DNA of 64,000 nucleotides from Macrostomum lignano (taxonomy: Eukaryota), in NCBI GenBank assembly GCA_002269645.1, contig NIVC01001265.1, forward strand, positions 186,001-250,000. The letters are read 5' to 3'. A program made the translations under genes and the position numbers. Positions 28,501 to 41,428 of this stretch are shown piece after piece. The notes under the pieces are model-generated. The model was not told the DNA's origin. It made no database searches and saw nothing but the letters and a program-made list of their open reading frames with translations. How positions within the stretch are numbered: the stretch's first letter is position 1; every line of letters begins with the position of its first letter.

Positions 28501-30492
28501 TTCTCTAACTGCTTTCTACCTGCCGCTCACCCCTCCCTCTAACTGCTTCCTACCTATCTCTCACCCCTCCCTCTAACTACTTCCTACCTGCCGCTCACCC
28601 CTCTCTCTAACTACTTGCTACCTGCCGCTCACCCCTCTCTCTAACTGCTTCCTATCTGCCGCTCACCCCTCTTCTCTAACTGCTTTCTACCTGCCGCTCA
28701 CCCCTCTCTCTAACTGCTTCCTACCTGCCGCTCACCCCTCCCTCTAACTGCTTCCTACCTGCCGCTAACCCCTCTCTCTAACTACTTCCTACCTGCCGCT
28801 CACCCCTCTCTCTAACTGCTTCCTATCTGCCGCTCACCCCTCTTCTCTAACTGCTTTCTACCTGCCGCTCACCCCTCCCTCTAACTGCTTCCTACCTATC
28901 TCTCACCCCTCCCTCTAACTACTTCCTACCTGCCGCTCACCCCTCTCTCTAACTACTTGCTACCTGCCGCTCACCCCTCTCTCTAACTACTTGCTACCTG
29001 CCGCTCACCCCTCTCTCTAACTGCTTCCTACCTGCCGCTCACCCCTCCCTCTAACTGCTGCCGCTAACCCCTCTCTCTAACTACTTCCTACCTGCCGCTC
29101 ACCCCTCTCTCTAACTGCTTCCTACCTGCCGCTCACCCCTCTCTCTAACTACTTCCTACCTATCTCTCACCCCTCTCTCTAACTGCTTCCTACCTATCTC
29201 TCACCCCTCTCTCTAACTGCTTTCTACCTGCCTCTCACCCTCCTCCCTCCAATCGCGACCTGCCTGCACCTTCTCTCCCATGAATTTCCCTATTCTCCAC
29301 ATCCACCGTTTCCTTAGAAACAATACGAGCGTACATATAGTTCGGGACAATTCTGATCGAAAAAAGCGGTTTGCAAGTCACGAGTCTCGGCATCAGGTTT
29401 CCCTAGCAACCCCTACACCAGGCAGGACTGTCCGAGCTCCGAGCTTGAACAGACCTCCAAAGCAGTACTCGTACAGCCCTGCCAATTAGCGCAGTCTTAT
29501 TCGGGATGCTACTTTTGCCCGTCTCTCTGTCCTCCTCCTCCATAGTGATATTGCCAGCTGGCTCACCGGCGCCCCACAGACAGATCTCGTGATCAATGTA
29601 GGTCTCCTCGGCGTCCGTCCCGTCAGCTCCGGTCACCACGGCTGATCCGTACGCTCTCAGCCTGATGCCTGATAGTGGTGAATAAATAAGCAGTGAATTG
29701 TGAATGATCGGTGAATAGTGAATAATCGGTGAATGACGAATGGTTAATAATAGGTTAATGGTTAATAATCAGTGAATAGTTAATTAATCAGTGAATCGTT
29801 AATAATCAGTGAATGGTTAGTAATCAGTGAATGGTTAATAATCAGTGAATGTTTAATAATCAGTGAATGGTTAATAATCAGTGAATCGTTAATAATCAGT
29901 GAATGGTTAGTAATCAGTGAATGGTTAATAATCAGTGAATGTTTAATAATCAGTGAATCGTTAATAATCAGTGAATCGTTAATAATCAGTGAATCGTTAA
30001 TAATCAGTGAATGTTTAATAATCAGTGAATCGTTAATAATCAGTGAATCGTTAATAATCAGTGAATGGTTAATAATCAGTGAATGTTTAATAATCAGTGA
30101 ATGGTTAATAATCAGTGAATGGTTAATAATCAGTGAATGGTTAATAATCAGTGAATGTTTAATAATCAGTGAATGGTTAATAATCAGTGAATGTTTAATA
30201 ATCAGTGAATGGTTAATAATCAGTGAATGGTTAATAATCAGTGAATGGTTAATAATCAGTGAATGTTTAATAATCAGTGAATGGTTAATAATCAGTGAAT
30301 GATTAATAATCGGTGAATGGTTAATAATCGGTGAATGGTGAATAATCAGTGAATGGTTAACAATCGTTGAATCTCACTCTGAATGTGAATCTCCTCTCGC
30401 AGGTTGGCAACCAGCCTGCCGCTGACGCAGCCTCCGCCATAGAACACGGTCTCCCCGTTGTCAAGCAGAAGTTGAAACTCAACAAACGGCAT
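22778..30492 (-). CDS. Alpha-arrestin (ARRDC-like, ~356 aa); exons 30492-30378, 29668-29567, 27975-27737, 25979-25782, 24042-23784, 22935-22778 (alternative ATG at 30516)
   Basis: Continuous spliced frame with GT-AG introns. Arrestin_N motifs VFYGGGCVSGRLV, IRLRAYG, EETYIDHEICLWG, HQFPFRLRLPPDCPPS; Arrestin_C motifs YSAGEAVQVDI, CSLVSVAYFI. AATAAA on the minus strand at 22750-22745. Confidence 0.88.
22970..23648. repeat. 45-bp higher-order repeat (22+23-bp monomers), arrestin intron 5
   Basis: TCTAGTCACCCCAATGGCTGTT alternates with TCTAGTCATTCCCAATTGCTGCT. Confidence 0.95.
24050..25565. repeat. (GATT)n/(GGAT)n microsatellite, arrestin intron 4
   Basis: Direct reading; source of the NQSI ORFs. 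Confidence 0.97.
26078..27700. repeat. 16-bp minisatellite (GAATATTCTGGTTTGT), arrestin intron 3
   Basis: About 100 tandem units. Confidence 0.97.
28012..29240. repeat. 34-bp minisatellite (CTAACTGCTTCCTACCTGCCGCTCACCCCTCTCT), arrestin intron 2
   Basis: Tandem units. Confidence 0.95.
29740..30362. repeat. 18-bp minisatellite (AATAATCAGTGAATGGTT), arrestin intron 1
   Basis: Tandem units. Confidence 0.95.
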
Positions 30493-30974
30493 TGGCTTGC
30501 AGTTTTCAATCGGCATTTCGAATTTGAAGCAAAATTCGCTCACTGCGACCTGGCCCCGAGGATAAAGAAAGGGATATTATCTACCCTCGTCCTCACCTAA
30601 TCCTCTCTTCTAACCGTTTCGTCTTGGTAAGGCAATGATTGGAGGAGTTCTCGTCTCTCTATCTGCATCCCTGTGCCCGGGATGAGGTGGAAGTGAAACG
30701 AATGGGGACGAAAGGTGTGCGGCGCCGATTTCTAATTCGAGTTCGAAACCCAGAATTTCTGTCCGAGTCGCATTCGCAGAGCCACGCCCTACTTGTTTAC
30801 CGGGGGGGGGGGGTCGGGCAGCTGCGAGAGCCGCGCCGTCAGAGGGAAATGTGGCAGTTTATCTACTGAACATTTATCCACTTCTAGTGAAGCTTTGCTA
30901 ATGCTTTAATCCAGCTCATTTCATGGAGCAGGGCCACCGGACAGTTGGAATTTCTTAGGAATTGGAACTCGGAC

Positions 30975-32661
30975 TGAGACCGAGATGAGGATCAGAGACT
31001 GGGATCGAAGATGAGGATCAGGGACTGGGATTAGAGATGAGAATCAGGGACTGGGGTATACATGAGGATCAGGAACTGGGATTAGAGATGAGGATTAGAG
31101 ACTGGGATTATAGATAAGGATCAGGGTGAATCTCTGATCAGGGTGAATGTGGGATTAGAGATGAGGATCAGACTGGGATTATAGATGAGGATCAGGGACT
31201 GGGATTAGAGATGAGGATCAGACTGGGATTATAGATGAGGATCAGGGACTGGGATTATAGATAAGGATCAGGGACTGGGATTAGAGATGAGGATCAGACT
31301 GGGATTATAGATGAGGATCAGACTGGGATTATAGATAAGGATCAGGGACTGGGATTAGAGATGAGGATCAGACTGGGATTAGAGATGAGGATCATACTGG
31401 GATTAGAGATGAGAATCAGACTGGGATTAGAGATGAGGATCAGACTGGGATTAGAGATGAGAATCAGACTGGGATTAGAGATGAGAATCAGACTGGGATC
31501 GGAGATGAGGATCAGACTGGGATTAGAGATGAGGATCAGACTGGGATTATAGATGAGGATCAGGGACTGGGATTATAGATAAGGATCAGGGACTGGGATT
31601 AGAGATGAGGATCAGACTGGGATTATAGATGAGGATCAGACTGGGATTATAGATGAGGATCAGGGACTGGGATTAGAGATGAGGATCAGACTGGGATTAT
31701 AGATGAGGATCAGACTGGGATTAGAGATGAGGATCAGACTGGGATTAGAGATGAGAATCAGGGGCTGGGATTAGAGATGAGGATCAGGGACTGGGCTTAG
31801 AGATGAGGATCAGACTGGGATTAGAGATGAGAATCAGGGGCTGGGATTAGAGATGAGGATCAGGGACTGGGCTTAGAGATGAGGATCAGACTGGGATTAG
31901 AGAAGAGGATCAGGGACTGGGCTTAGAGATGAGGATCAGACTGGGATTAGAGATGAGAATCAGGGGCTGGGATTAGAGATGAGGATCAGGGACTGGGATC
32001 GGAGATGAGGATCAGGGACTGGGCTTAGAGATGAGGATCAGGGACTGGGATCGGAGATGAGGATCAGGGACTGGGCTTAGAGATGAGGATCAGACTGGGA
32101 TCGGAGATGAGGATCAGGGACTGGGATTAGAGATGAGGATCAGACTGGGATCGGAGATGAGGATCAGGGACTGGGCTTAGAGATGAGGATCAGGGACTGG
32201 GATCGGAGATGAGGATCAGGGACTGGGCTTAGAGATGAGGATCAGGGACTGGGATCGGAGATGAGGATCAGGGACTGGGCTTAGAGATGAGGATCAGACT
32301 GGGATCGGAGATGAGGATCAGGGACTGGGATTAGAGATGAGGATCAGACTGGGATCGGAGATGAGGATCAGGGACTGGGCTTAGAGATGAGGATCAGGGA
32401 CTGGGATCGGAGATGAGGATCAGGGACTGGGCTTAGAGATGAGGATCAGGGACTGGGCTTAGAGAAGAGGATCAGACTGGGATCGGAGATGAGGATCAGG
32501 GACTGGGCTTAGAGATGAGGATCAGGGACTGGGATCGGAGATGAGGATCAGGGACTGGGCTTAGAGATGAGGATCAGGGACTGGGATCGGAGATGAGGAT
32601 CAGGGACTGGGCTTAGAGATGAGGATCAGGGACTGGGATCGGAGATGAGGGATCAGGGACT
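30975..32661. repeat. 24/26-bp minisatellite (GATGAGGATCAG[GG]ACTGGGATTAGA)
   Basis: Tandem units with length polymorphism. Confidence 0.95.
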
Positions 32662-33748
32662 GCGATGGTCATGAGTACTGACATCTAGCAACCTGTGGGA
32701 GCATCGAGGACAATGAACCTGACACAGAAACATAGGCCATAAGAGTATAGCTACAACAGCCTGCAGAATTGGATGCCGCACAGATGACAAGGCGATGAGG
32801 CAACTGCGCCAAGGAAAGTTTTGCCTGGTGTATTTTTCTAAACTATTTTTTAAAGCAGTTCATACTGATGAATGACAGAGATCTGCCGACACGCTACGAT
32901 TAACAACAAATCGACGATGCTGAACAGGTGACAATTTGATATAAATAAAGGCAGGCAAGTATAGCATAAAATAGGTAATATTTGGCTGGGGGCGCGTATT
33001 TGTTAACAAATGTTTTAATAAAAAAGACAATTCAAGTACACGTGCAGGCGCACCATCCGTTTATAAGTAGATATTTATAGATATGTATGCGAATGTGTGA
33101 ATGGCGATGAGACTGCTCAGATATAGGCTAAGGTAAATGGGCGTGTGCTCAACTACAAAAAAGTTTAACGACAAAGGAAAGAAGCCATCCATTCAGCGTC
33201 CGCTCTCGAGGCGATCATTTCGGGTGGGAGGGGGAATTTAAAAACGACGAAGAAAAAACAAATCCGACCAGCTGCGACAACAAATCATTGATTTTAATAG
33301 CAATATTTATAATAGAATAAGAGACTACTAACGCGCGCTGTTTTGGCTACTGCAAGTAGCAAAGTGAAACTATGCATATATAGAGACCGAAATCCGATGA
33401 AATGAATGAGCGAATTAATTAATTAATTAGTTATGCACGATTACTGCGGCTGATAGTACATGCCAGATTATAAATCGATGCGAGCAGCTTAGTACAGTAA
33501 AGCGGCTAACGAAATCGTGATTAAAATGGGACGCGCGGGACGGGACGGCTTTTAATATAGAAGCTCCGTGCTAAAAAAAGACATGTAGCACAGAAGGCAG
33601 GTGAGCGAGCAATATACCTTGTGGATGTGTATATATATAATATCAAGCAATATTTTGGCCGCACAAAGTCAAGCGCATTTCAAGCGGACAGGTTATCAAT
33701 TATTAGGGAGTCCAGGTATTAGTTAATCCACACCAACTCAAGTCTGCT

Positions 33749-36710
33749 TTAAGAGGACCGATTCGGATCGGCCATCGGCTGCAGCGGCATCTGCAGCAGC
33801 TGCGGCACGGCAGCGGGAGCTCCGCCTACAGCCTGGGAGACCTCGGAGTCGTCGGCAGAGTCCAGGCTGACAATGCGAGCCACCGGAGCTGGCGGGGGCG
33901 GCGTGGCCAGCTGAGGCTGGTGCTGGTTGAGCAACACGGGGAAGGCGCGGACAGGGCAGAGCACAGGCGGGCTGCCGTAGCAGTAACCTCCGGGCGCGGC
34001 GGGGGAATAGGCGGCTGCCAGCTGCTGCGGCTGCTGCTGGCTGTACAGCTGTCCGCAGTCGAACTCCACCGACTTAAGAGGGGGAAGGCGAGCATTTTTG
34101 CAGTTGGGCTAATTTTTAGCGCTAGCGAGACAGCCCTTGGGGAAATGAAGGGTGGAGATTTAGGTAGGGAGACACTGGGAATAGCGAGACCAGAATGAAC
34201 GGGTGGAGTTGAAGGGTATTATTGAAGGGGCGGGAATGAAGGCGGGAATGAAGGCGGGAATGAAGGGACGGAAATGAAAGGAAGGGATTAGGGGGGTGGG
34301 AATGAATGCGATGGGAATGAAGGGACGGGACGGGATTCATGGAAATGAAAGATTAAGTGAAGAATTAAGGGATGCGGTTGGTAGAGAAGGCTAAAGAGTC
34401 GTGAAGGGAGGAATTGTGATGGGATGAGTGTTATGAACGTCAGGCTTACCTCGTTAGCGTAGGACTGGTCTGTACAGCTGGGGTCAGTGCCATAGTCGCT
34501 GGTGGCACTCAGGAAAGGGCCCGGTCCTCCGCCGTCTGGGTAGCCTGCGGCGGGCGTCCTGTTGGCAGTGAGCGGGCTGCTGTAGTAAGGCAGGGCGCCG
34601 CCTCCACCGCCAGCCATGGGGCCGAAAGCCGAAGTCGAATAATAGGCAGCGCTTGACGGTGTGTTGCTCTGCAAATGGAGGGAAAAATTAAAGCGCTACA
34701 CAAAGACTGGTACAGAGACAGGTGCTACACAAAGACTGGTACAGAGACAGGTGCTACACAAAGACTGGTACAGAGACAGGTGCTACACAAAGACTGGTAC
34801 AGAGACAGGTGCTACACAAAGACTGGTACAGAGACAGGTGCTACACAAAGACTGGTACAGAGACAGGTGCTACACAAAGACTGGTACAGAGACAGGCGCT
34901 ACACAAAGACTGGTACAGAGACAGGTGCTACACAAAGACTGGTACAGAGACAGGTGCTACACAAAGACTGGTACAGAGACAGGCGCTACAAAGACTGGTA
35001 TAGAGACAGGCGCTAAAAAGACTGGAGAGACAGGCGCTATAAAGACTGGTATAGAGACAGGCGCTAAAAAGACTGGAGAGACAGGCGCTATAAAGGCTGG
35101 TATAGAGACGCGCTATAAAGGCAATTGGCATAGGCACAATGACTGTACACAAATACTTGTAGATATACTACAAAGCAGTTTAATTAAAGAAATCAACTCA
35201 CAAGGGCCGGACTTGGCGACTGTTGCTGATGATGATGATGACCGATTGAACTGGGCCACACTGCGGCAGCAAACTGAGCCGGCAGGCACATCAGCTGGGC
35301 CGCGGTGGCTGCCGACATACCGTGGTGATTTGGAGGGGCACCGTTGACGGCGGCTGCGGCGGCAGCTGCGGCAGCAGCGGCGGCGGTGGTCATAGTGTAG
35401 GGCTGCCCGTAGCCGGCTGGATAATGCAGATCACCGCCACCGCCACCCAGAGCCAGCTGGTGCTGCTGATGATGGTAGTGCTGGTAGAGGCTGCCGGGGA
35501 TGTGGAACACGGCCATACCGTTCTGGTAGGTGTATGGCACCGAGCCGGCCGTGAAGAACACGCCATTGCTGTTGGAGTCGGGCCTGTGGTACAGGGGCTG
35601 CACGCCAGGAGGCGGTCAGAGCAGGGAGGTCACTATTACTCTCGCCGTTTACTCAAGCTCAGAAAATTTTGAGACATTGAAAATTAACTTATTTACTCAT
35701 GTAAAAGAGGCAGGAGGTGATTGATGTGTGCTTTGATGGAAGTTCTAGCAAAGGAAACTACTTTTTAAAAAAAATTACATGTAAAGGGATTGCAGTCTAG
35801 TGGTTAGAGCATCGGATTCACGATTTAAAGGTTGGGGGTTCGATTCCCGATCCCACTAGAACAATTTGTGTCCTTAAGCAAGACACTTAACTCTGCATTG
35901 CTGCAGTTCACCCAGCTGTAAAATGGGTGCCAGCATCAGCTGGGGTAATTGAGGGTGTGTGTGGCGGGCGACCCCCCAGTCCTTGGACTGAACAGCCGTA
36001 TGCAGCCTTCAGATGCGCCGCGCAATAGCTGCGACTGAGCTGTCGGTTGCACACCTGCCCATTGGAGCAGGTGTGATCAATCATTACTAGTAACTAAATG
36101 TAAACAGCAAACTAACTTAGACTGAAATGTACTAACGAGATGCCGAGGCGCTTTACAAATTCAAGACAGCGATAGTTACTCTGGCCGTTTACTCAAGTTA
36201 AAACTGCCCAGATTTAAAAATTCATAATAAACACTTGTCCAAATATTCAAGCAGCGAGTAGCTTACACTCTTTTTGATAGCCGGGCCGATGTTAAGCCGC
36301 CTAGATCGGAATACCAGGCCGTCCCGGGACTCGCGGTCCCTCCGAATGATTGAGTCGGCCAGCTCAGCCGACTCGAACGTAACAAATCCGTAGCCCTTGG
36401 ACGTGCCGCTCTTGTCCGCTATGATTTTCACGTCGCGCACTTCGCCAAGAGCGGAGAAGAATTCCATTAGCTCGGCCTCGGTGGCGCTAGAAGGTATGCC
36501 GCCAACGAACACTCGATTAGGGATTAGAGTGCCGCCGAGTTCAGTATTGGCTGCTGTCGATACGGGAGTCCCTGGCATGGCGACAATGGCCGTTGTTGAC
36601 GCCGTGGGAGCTGCTGACGTGGTGGTCGCAGCGTCCGACACAGACGGCGGTGAGACAGCTGGCGACTGCGGCGACGGCGCTTCGGTGGCGGTCAATTGAG
36701 TGCCGGACAT
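33749..36710 (-). CDS. boule: Boule (DAZ-family RRM protein, ~460 aa); exons 36710-36267, 35597-35202, 34668-34450, 34072-33749
   Basis: RRM GTLIPNRVFVGGI (RNP2)...SKGYGFVTF (RNP1)...LNIGPAIKK is DAZ/Boule-diagnostic; followed by PYTYQNGMAVFH, like the Boule PYTYHNGVAYFH motif. Phase-0 GT-AG introns. Probable 5'UTR intron 37327-36744. Confidence 0.92.
34695..35110. repeat. 29-bp minisatellite (ACAAAGACTGGTACAGAGACAGGTGCTAC), boule intron
   Basis: Tandem units. Confidence 0.95.
35786..36090 (+). mobile_element. tRNA-derived SINE with CORE-like domain, copy 1 (boule intron)
   Basis: A box TAGTGGTTAGAGC and B box GGTTCGATTCC; central TGTGTCCTTAAGCAAGACACTTAAC...CTGTAAAATGGG resembles the MIR/CORE domain; homologous copies at 46676 and 57965. 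Confidence 0.85.
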
Positions 36711-36956
36711 TGCTATTTATTTGTGTACTTCGCGTGATTCGGTCTATAGAGGCAGCAAACAGATGCAATTGTTAGCTAATTTTGAAATCCCGTAAAGCAG
36801 TTAAATTCAAGTTTCAAATACCCTATCCACGATAAATAGTAGAAATTTAACCACAAAACCTTACAATTTACGAAGTCCTTAGTTCTATTTGTATATCATC
36901 CTGTCCATGCATTTTTAATTTTAAGTCAAAAAGTCCATGATTTAAATAATCCTAGC

Positions 36957-37233
36957 CTGCTACAAATACTGCTAGCCGACCTGGCCGATTCGGCCACCGT
37001 AAATTGTGGTGGACCAGGGGTAAGTCGCAAAAATGCCAACCCGAGTACAAATGTAGTACTAATTAGATGCCTAGGCATTTAGCCTTAATAAGACCGTTAT
37101 AGTTACTCCTGCCGTTTACCTTAGAACAAAGCTAATTTTGCTGTAGGGTTTCTTTCCCAAGTAAGTTGCATTTTTGGTCAAAAAGTAAGTCTTATGGCCA
37201 GTGTAAATCAAGGAAGGGGGTTGCGCATGTATG
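36957..37233. mobile_element. MITE family A (TIR CATACATGCGCAAC; left TIR decayed) in the boule 5'UTR intron
   Basis: Right TIR GTTGCGCATGTATG ends at 37233; TCCTAGC is duplicated at 36950-36956 and 37234-37240; internal sequence matches 51677-52611. Confidence 0.7.
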
Positions 37234-39019
37234 TCCTAGCTCTAGGCTCAGCATGACAATTTTGAGAAAATTGAATCAATACATGTTGTAAATTTACTGA
37301 GAATATACTAAATACGACAAACTTACCAGCAAACGCCTGAAGCAAAGATTCAAAGCGAGTTTATTTTATTTGTTGAATTCGAAATGCTACGCGAGCTCGT
37401 GTAAGTCAATCGCATATACACAGATCAACGAGTTATCGTGATGCTGTTTTTTCCTAACTAATCGGCTTCACGGTTTGACTTGGCGGGACCCTTAAAACAT
37501 AAACCCTCAAACGGTATATGGGCTCGGCTCAGCTCTGTGCTTGTCTGCCGCGGGTTGTAAGATAGATAGGCCTCGCTGTGTACGAGACCCTGTTATAATT
37601 ATCCATACCCACCCCAAGCCACCCACCCATCCCCCAACCCCCCGCTGGCCTTCAACCAATTACTCTGTGAGGCCATAAACTGCCCACATCTAAAAGAGAG
37701 AAAGGGGCTGGCTGTACGTGCCAGGGGTAAGAAGAGCGGAGTGGGCCAGTTGCCTCTCCCTCTATCAGCCAATCAGAATTTAGGTTAGTAAATCTCAAGG
37801 GTGCGTGCAAACCCTATTCGTTTGTATCATACCTAATTAATGACGCTGTGTAGGGCAGCGTTGGATTAGATGATAAGCGATTGTAGTAGCATAGGCTGCA
37901 TAGCATAGGATAGCCATTATTAGACCTTGTGTTTTACATACGATAATAATACCCCTGTAAAGCCGTATTGCGTTATTTATTACAATTACACGTGCGATTC
38001 AAAATTAGTTTAGTGTAGAACGGTTAGCAGTGGAAAGTGTCTGGTTTTTCAATTCAATGCTTAGTTTTTGCAAATTTCAACTTGAGTTGAGTTCATGTAA
38101 CTTGATCGTTCAATGTTCATTCTCTTTAAATTTAATGAATTAATTATAATACGTAATATGGCCTGTACTGTGCCGATATAGACTGAATATATAAAATTAA
38201 TTAACTGTAACGTTATTACGTCAGTTCAGCTTTGGCCTTCTGTCCTTACCAGTTTGTGTAAAATTCAGGTTGATGGGGACGGGGTAGGGCAAGGGTTGAC
38301 ATTTTTCGGGTATTCGAGTGAGGAGAGTGTGCGTTCTGCCAACAAAAAATCGATTATTTTCTAATTCGTTCACCCAAGGCGGCCCCTTCTCGGTCTCACA
38401 GTGTACACTGAAGATCGGCGGTCTGCACCAGCCTTAATGTACAGCGTAAGGGATTTACGGTACGGGTCCCGTCAGTTGAATAGAAAGCCCCACATAAGGG
38501 TTATAATCACATTCTTGTTCTGTCTTGGCCATACCCTTCCCACTCGCAGTCCAGTATGCACATGTTTGTCTGGAGCCCTCCTGCTAATTCGTAATTCTTC
38601 TGCATCTCGTAAGCTATACATTAAAACTTCTAAGCCTTAATCTCTTTCATTGACGCCACGCATTGATCGATATTTTTTAATTTGAATGCTGAAAGTTTAA
38701 ATGTAAAGCCTTTAAGGCCTGCACAGCATTTTCGGTTGCCCGTTATGAAGTGAACTTTTGGATCAAATAAATAAAAAGATTTTTGTAATATACGCACGCA
38801 AATATCTAATCTAACGCAGCATGCCAAAGGGATCCCTTTGACACAGGGATGCCAAAATCCCAAAGCTTTATAATCCTGGGACCCGAAATTCCGAAATCCC
38901 GAAAGTTTAGGGCACTCCAATCTTCAACTGTAGGGAATCTAACTAAACTCTAGTCGTATGTTCTCCGTAAATTCTTGGCGTAAAATGTGAGATTGAAATC
39001 AGGTAGAAGATAGTGCAAG

Positions 39020-39640
39020 AGGCCCTCTCCCTCAGTCTCCCTCTCCCTCAGTCTACTCCCTCCCCTCAGTCTCCCTCTCCCTCTCCCTCAGTCTACCCCC
39101 TCTCCCTCAGTCTACTCCCTGTCCTCAGCCTACTCCATCCCCCTCAGTCTACTCCCTCTCGTCAGTCTCCCTCTCCCTCAGTCTACTCCCTCCCCTCAGT
39201 CTACTCCCTCCCCTCAGTCTCCCTCTCCCTCTCCCCCAGTCTACTCCCTCCCCTCAGTCTCCCTCTCCCTCTCCCTCAGTCTTCTCCCTCAGTCTACTCC
39301 CTCTCCCTCAGTCTACCCCCTCCCCTCAGTCTCCCTCTCCCTCTCCCTCAGTCTACTCCCTCCCCTCAGTCTCCCTCTCCCTCTCCCTCAGTCTACCCTC
39401 TCTCCCTCAGTCTACTCCCTCCCCTCAGTCTCCCTCTCCCTCTCCCTCAGTCTACCCCCTCTCCCTCAGTCTACTCCCTCTCCCTCAGTCTACTCCCTCT
39501 CCTCAGTCTACCCTCTCTCCCTCAGTCTACTCCCTCCCCTCAGTCTCCCTCTCCCTCTCCCTCAGTCTACCCCCTCTCCCTCAGTCTACTCCCTCTCCCT
39601 CAGTCTACTCCCTCTCCCTCAGTCTACTCCTTCTCCCTAT
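39020..39640. repeat. Polypyrimidine minisatellite (CTCCCTCTCCCTCAGTCTAC-like)
   Basis: Direct reading. Confidence 0.92.
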
Positions 39641-40030
39641 CGAGCCAGTGTGAAATGCAGGAAAGAATTCTAGCTGCACCTTTTGAGTGTACAGTACATT
39701 ACTTAAAATCCAAAATGCTTTTTTTCCGGTGGGTCAGACTTATTTTAATGTAAGTAATTTAAAGGCCAGTTGCGTACTTGCATGCGATGAAGCGTTCTCT
39801 CCGAAAGAAGATAGACAATGGAGAGTAGAAACGACCAATAGGCATGAGTAAGAGTAGAAGTAGATATAGCGAAGAGCAAGCAGAGCACAGTGTGCCTGTG
39901 CAGGCTCTGTGGATGGATGGCTGGCTTACTCACTGTTTGCCTGGCCTTATTCATGGCCCACAGCTAAGAGCCCAAGCAGAATCAGCGAAGGTTGAAAAAA
40001 TTTAACAACTGAGGTATACTAAAAGCAGCA

Positions 40031-41428
40031 ATGCCACGATATCAAATCAGCACGCGACTTATCAGCCGCTGGCTATGGACTCTCCTTGTCTTGGCTTCCT
40101 GCACCACTTGTCTGTTGCTTTTAGTAGCGCACTCGAGCAGTAGCAGCGAGTCGGAAAAGCTGTTGCAAAACAAGCCACCAATATTTCTACTTTCTCCGCT
40201 AAGATCCCTACAGCAGCAGCATGATCAGAAGCTAAACGGCGAGTGGTTTCCTGACCAAGTGAGCCGAATTCCCTCCACCCAACCTCTTGCCAGCAGAGGT
40301 TTGAGTCTGGATTCGTCGGCTGGGAGCCATGTCCGCAGGCAACAGCAACAGAATCACCGGGCACGTACAGAAGCGGTTAAAAAAGCACCGATGCTAGAGC
40401 CGACACGACAACCGACAGCAGAGGCAGAAGCACCAACGCCAGTAGCAAAGCTTCATCCTGCGGACAGTGACAATGCAAGGCCGACACGACAATCAAGGGC
40501 ACCGTCTGGACAGCCAACGGCTGCAACGAGCTTCCGCGATCTCTGCTGGCAGCGCGGTTTTAGTCCGGCCTCTGGCAAGCCAATCAACCACACCCCGGAC
40601 GATTTCATCATTAGCGAGAGCCGCCTGTGCAGCGGTCGTCCTCTACTGCTGGCGCTTGTGCACAGCGAGTTCGGCTACCGAGAACGCCGCGACCTCATTC
40701 GCAGCACCTGGGCGTCGGTAAACAACATCAACGGGCACCGAATCGTAGTAGCATTTGTTGTTGGCGCCACAAGGACAGCTGAGCAGCAGGCAAAGCTGCA
40801 GGAGGAGAGCCAAGACGCGGCTGACCTTGTGCAGGTTCCGTGCAGTCCGGATGGCCAGCCCAGCGCGTCAACCTGCAAGGCGCTCTACGGACTCAGATGG
40901 GCAAGTCAGAACTGTGCAGGTGCCAGATTTTTGCTAAAGGTTGATGACTACGCGTTTGTGAACGTGTTTCAGTTAGTCACCTTAGTAACTGAACGCCTTG
41001 CTGACGCAAATCAGACATTTTATTGTCGAACAGCACCTGACGAGAATCGAATCACGCAATCAGGCTACTATTGGTACGTGAGCGAGGAGGAATGGCCGGA
41101 GGATAAGTACCCGCTGCACTGCAAAGGCTTAGCCTATCTAATGTCCGGAGATCTGCCTTCGCAGTTGGTTCAGTGCGCCGCCTGGCGGAACCTCCTTCAT
41201 CTAGAGGACATCTTCGTCACGGGCGTGCTGGGCAAAGCATTGCAGGCCAACTTTATGCACTGGCTCAGAGGCTGGGACTCCGACTGGCTGCATCCGAAAC
41301 ACGCCGGACCGGCTGTAGTCAGTGCACTGGTGCTGGCCACCCCAGAGGGTGCGCCGCTGCCCAATTTGCAACGGCGCGTCTGGAGAGCGGCTCTCCGTCA
41401 CAGCGCAGGACTTGCCGGGCTAGACTGA
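40031..41428 (+). CDS. GT31 beta-1,3-galactosyltransferase-like type II membrane protein, intronless CDS, 465 aa
   Basis: N-terminal TM segment and long stem; motifs LLLALVHS...RRDLIRSTW, FVVG, FLLKVDDYAFVNV (DxD-like), YPLHCKGLAYLMS, EDIFVTG. Confidence 0.92.
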   Translation: MPRYQISTRLISRWLWTLLVLASCTTCLLLLVAHSSSSSESEKLLQNKPPIFLLSPLRSLQQQHDQKLNGEWFPDQVSRIPSTQPLASRGLSLDSSAGSHVRRQQQQNHRARTEAVKKAPMLEPTRQPTAEAEAPTPVAKLHPADSDNARPTRQSRAPSGQPTAATSFRDLCWQRGFSPASGKPINHTPDDFIISESRLCSGRPLLLALVHSEFGYRERRDLIRSTWASVNNINGHRIVVAFVVGATRTAEQQAKLQEESQDAADLVQVPCSPDGQPSASTCKALYGLRWASQNCAGARFLLKVDDYAFVNVFQLVTLVTERLADANQTFYCRTAPDENRITQSGYYWYVSEEEWPEDKYPLHCKGLAYLMSGDLPSQLVQCAAWRNLLHLEDIFVTGVLGKALQANFMHWLRGWDSDWLHPKHAGPAVVSALVLATPEGAPLPNLQRRVWRAALRHSAGLAGLD

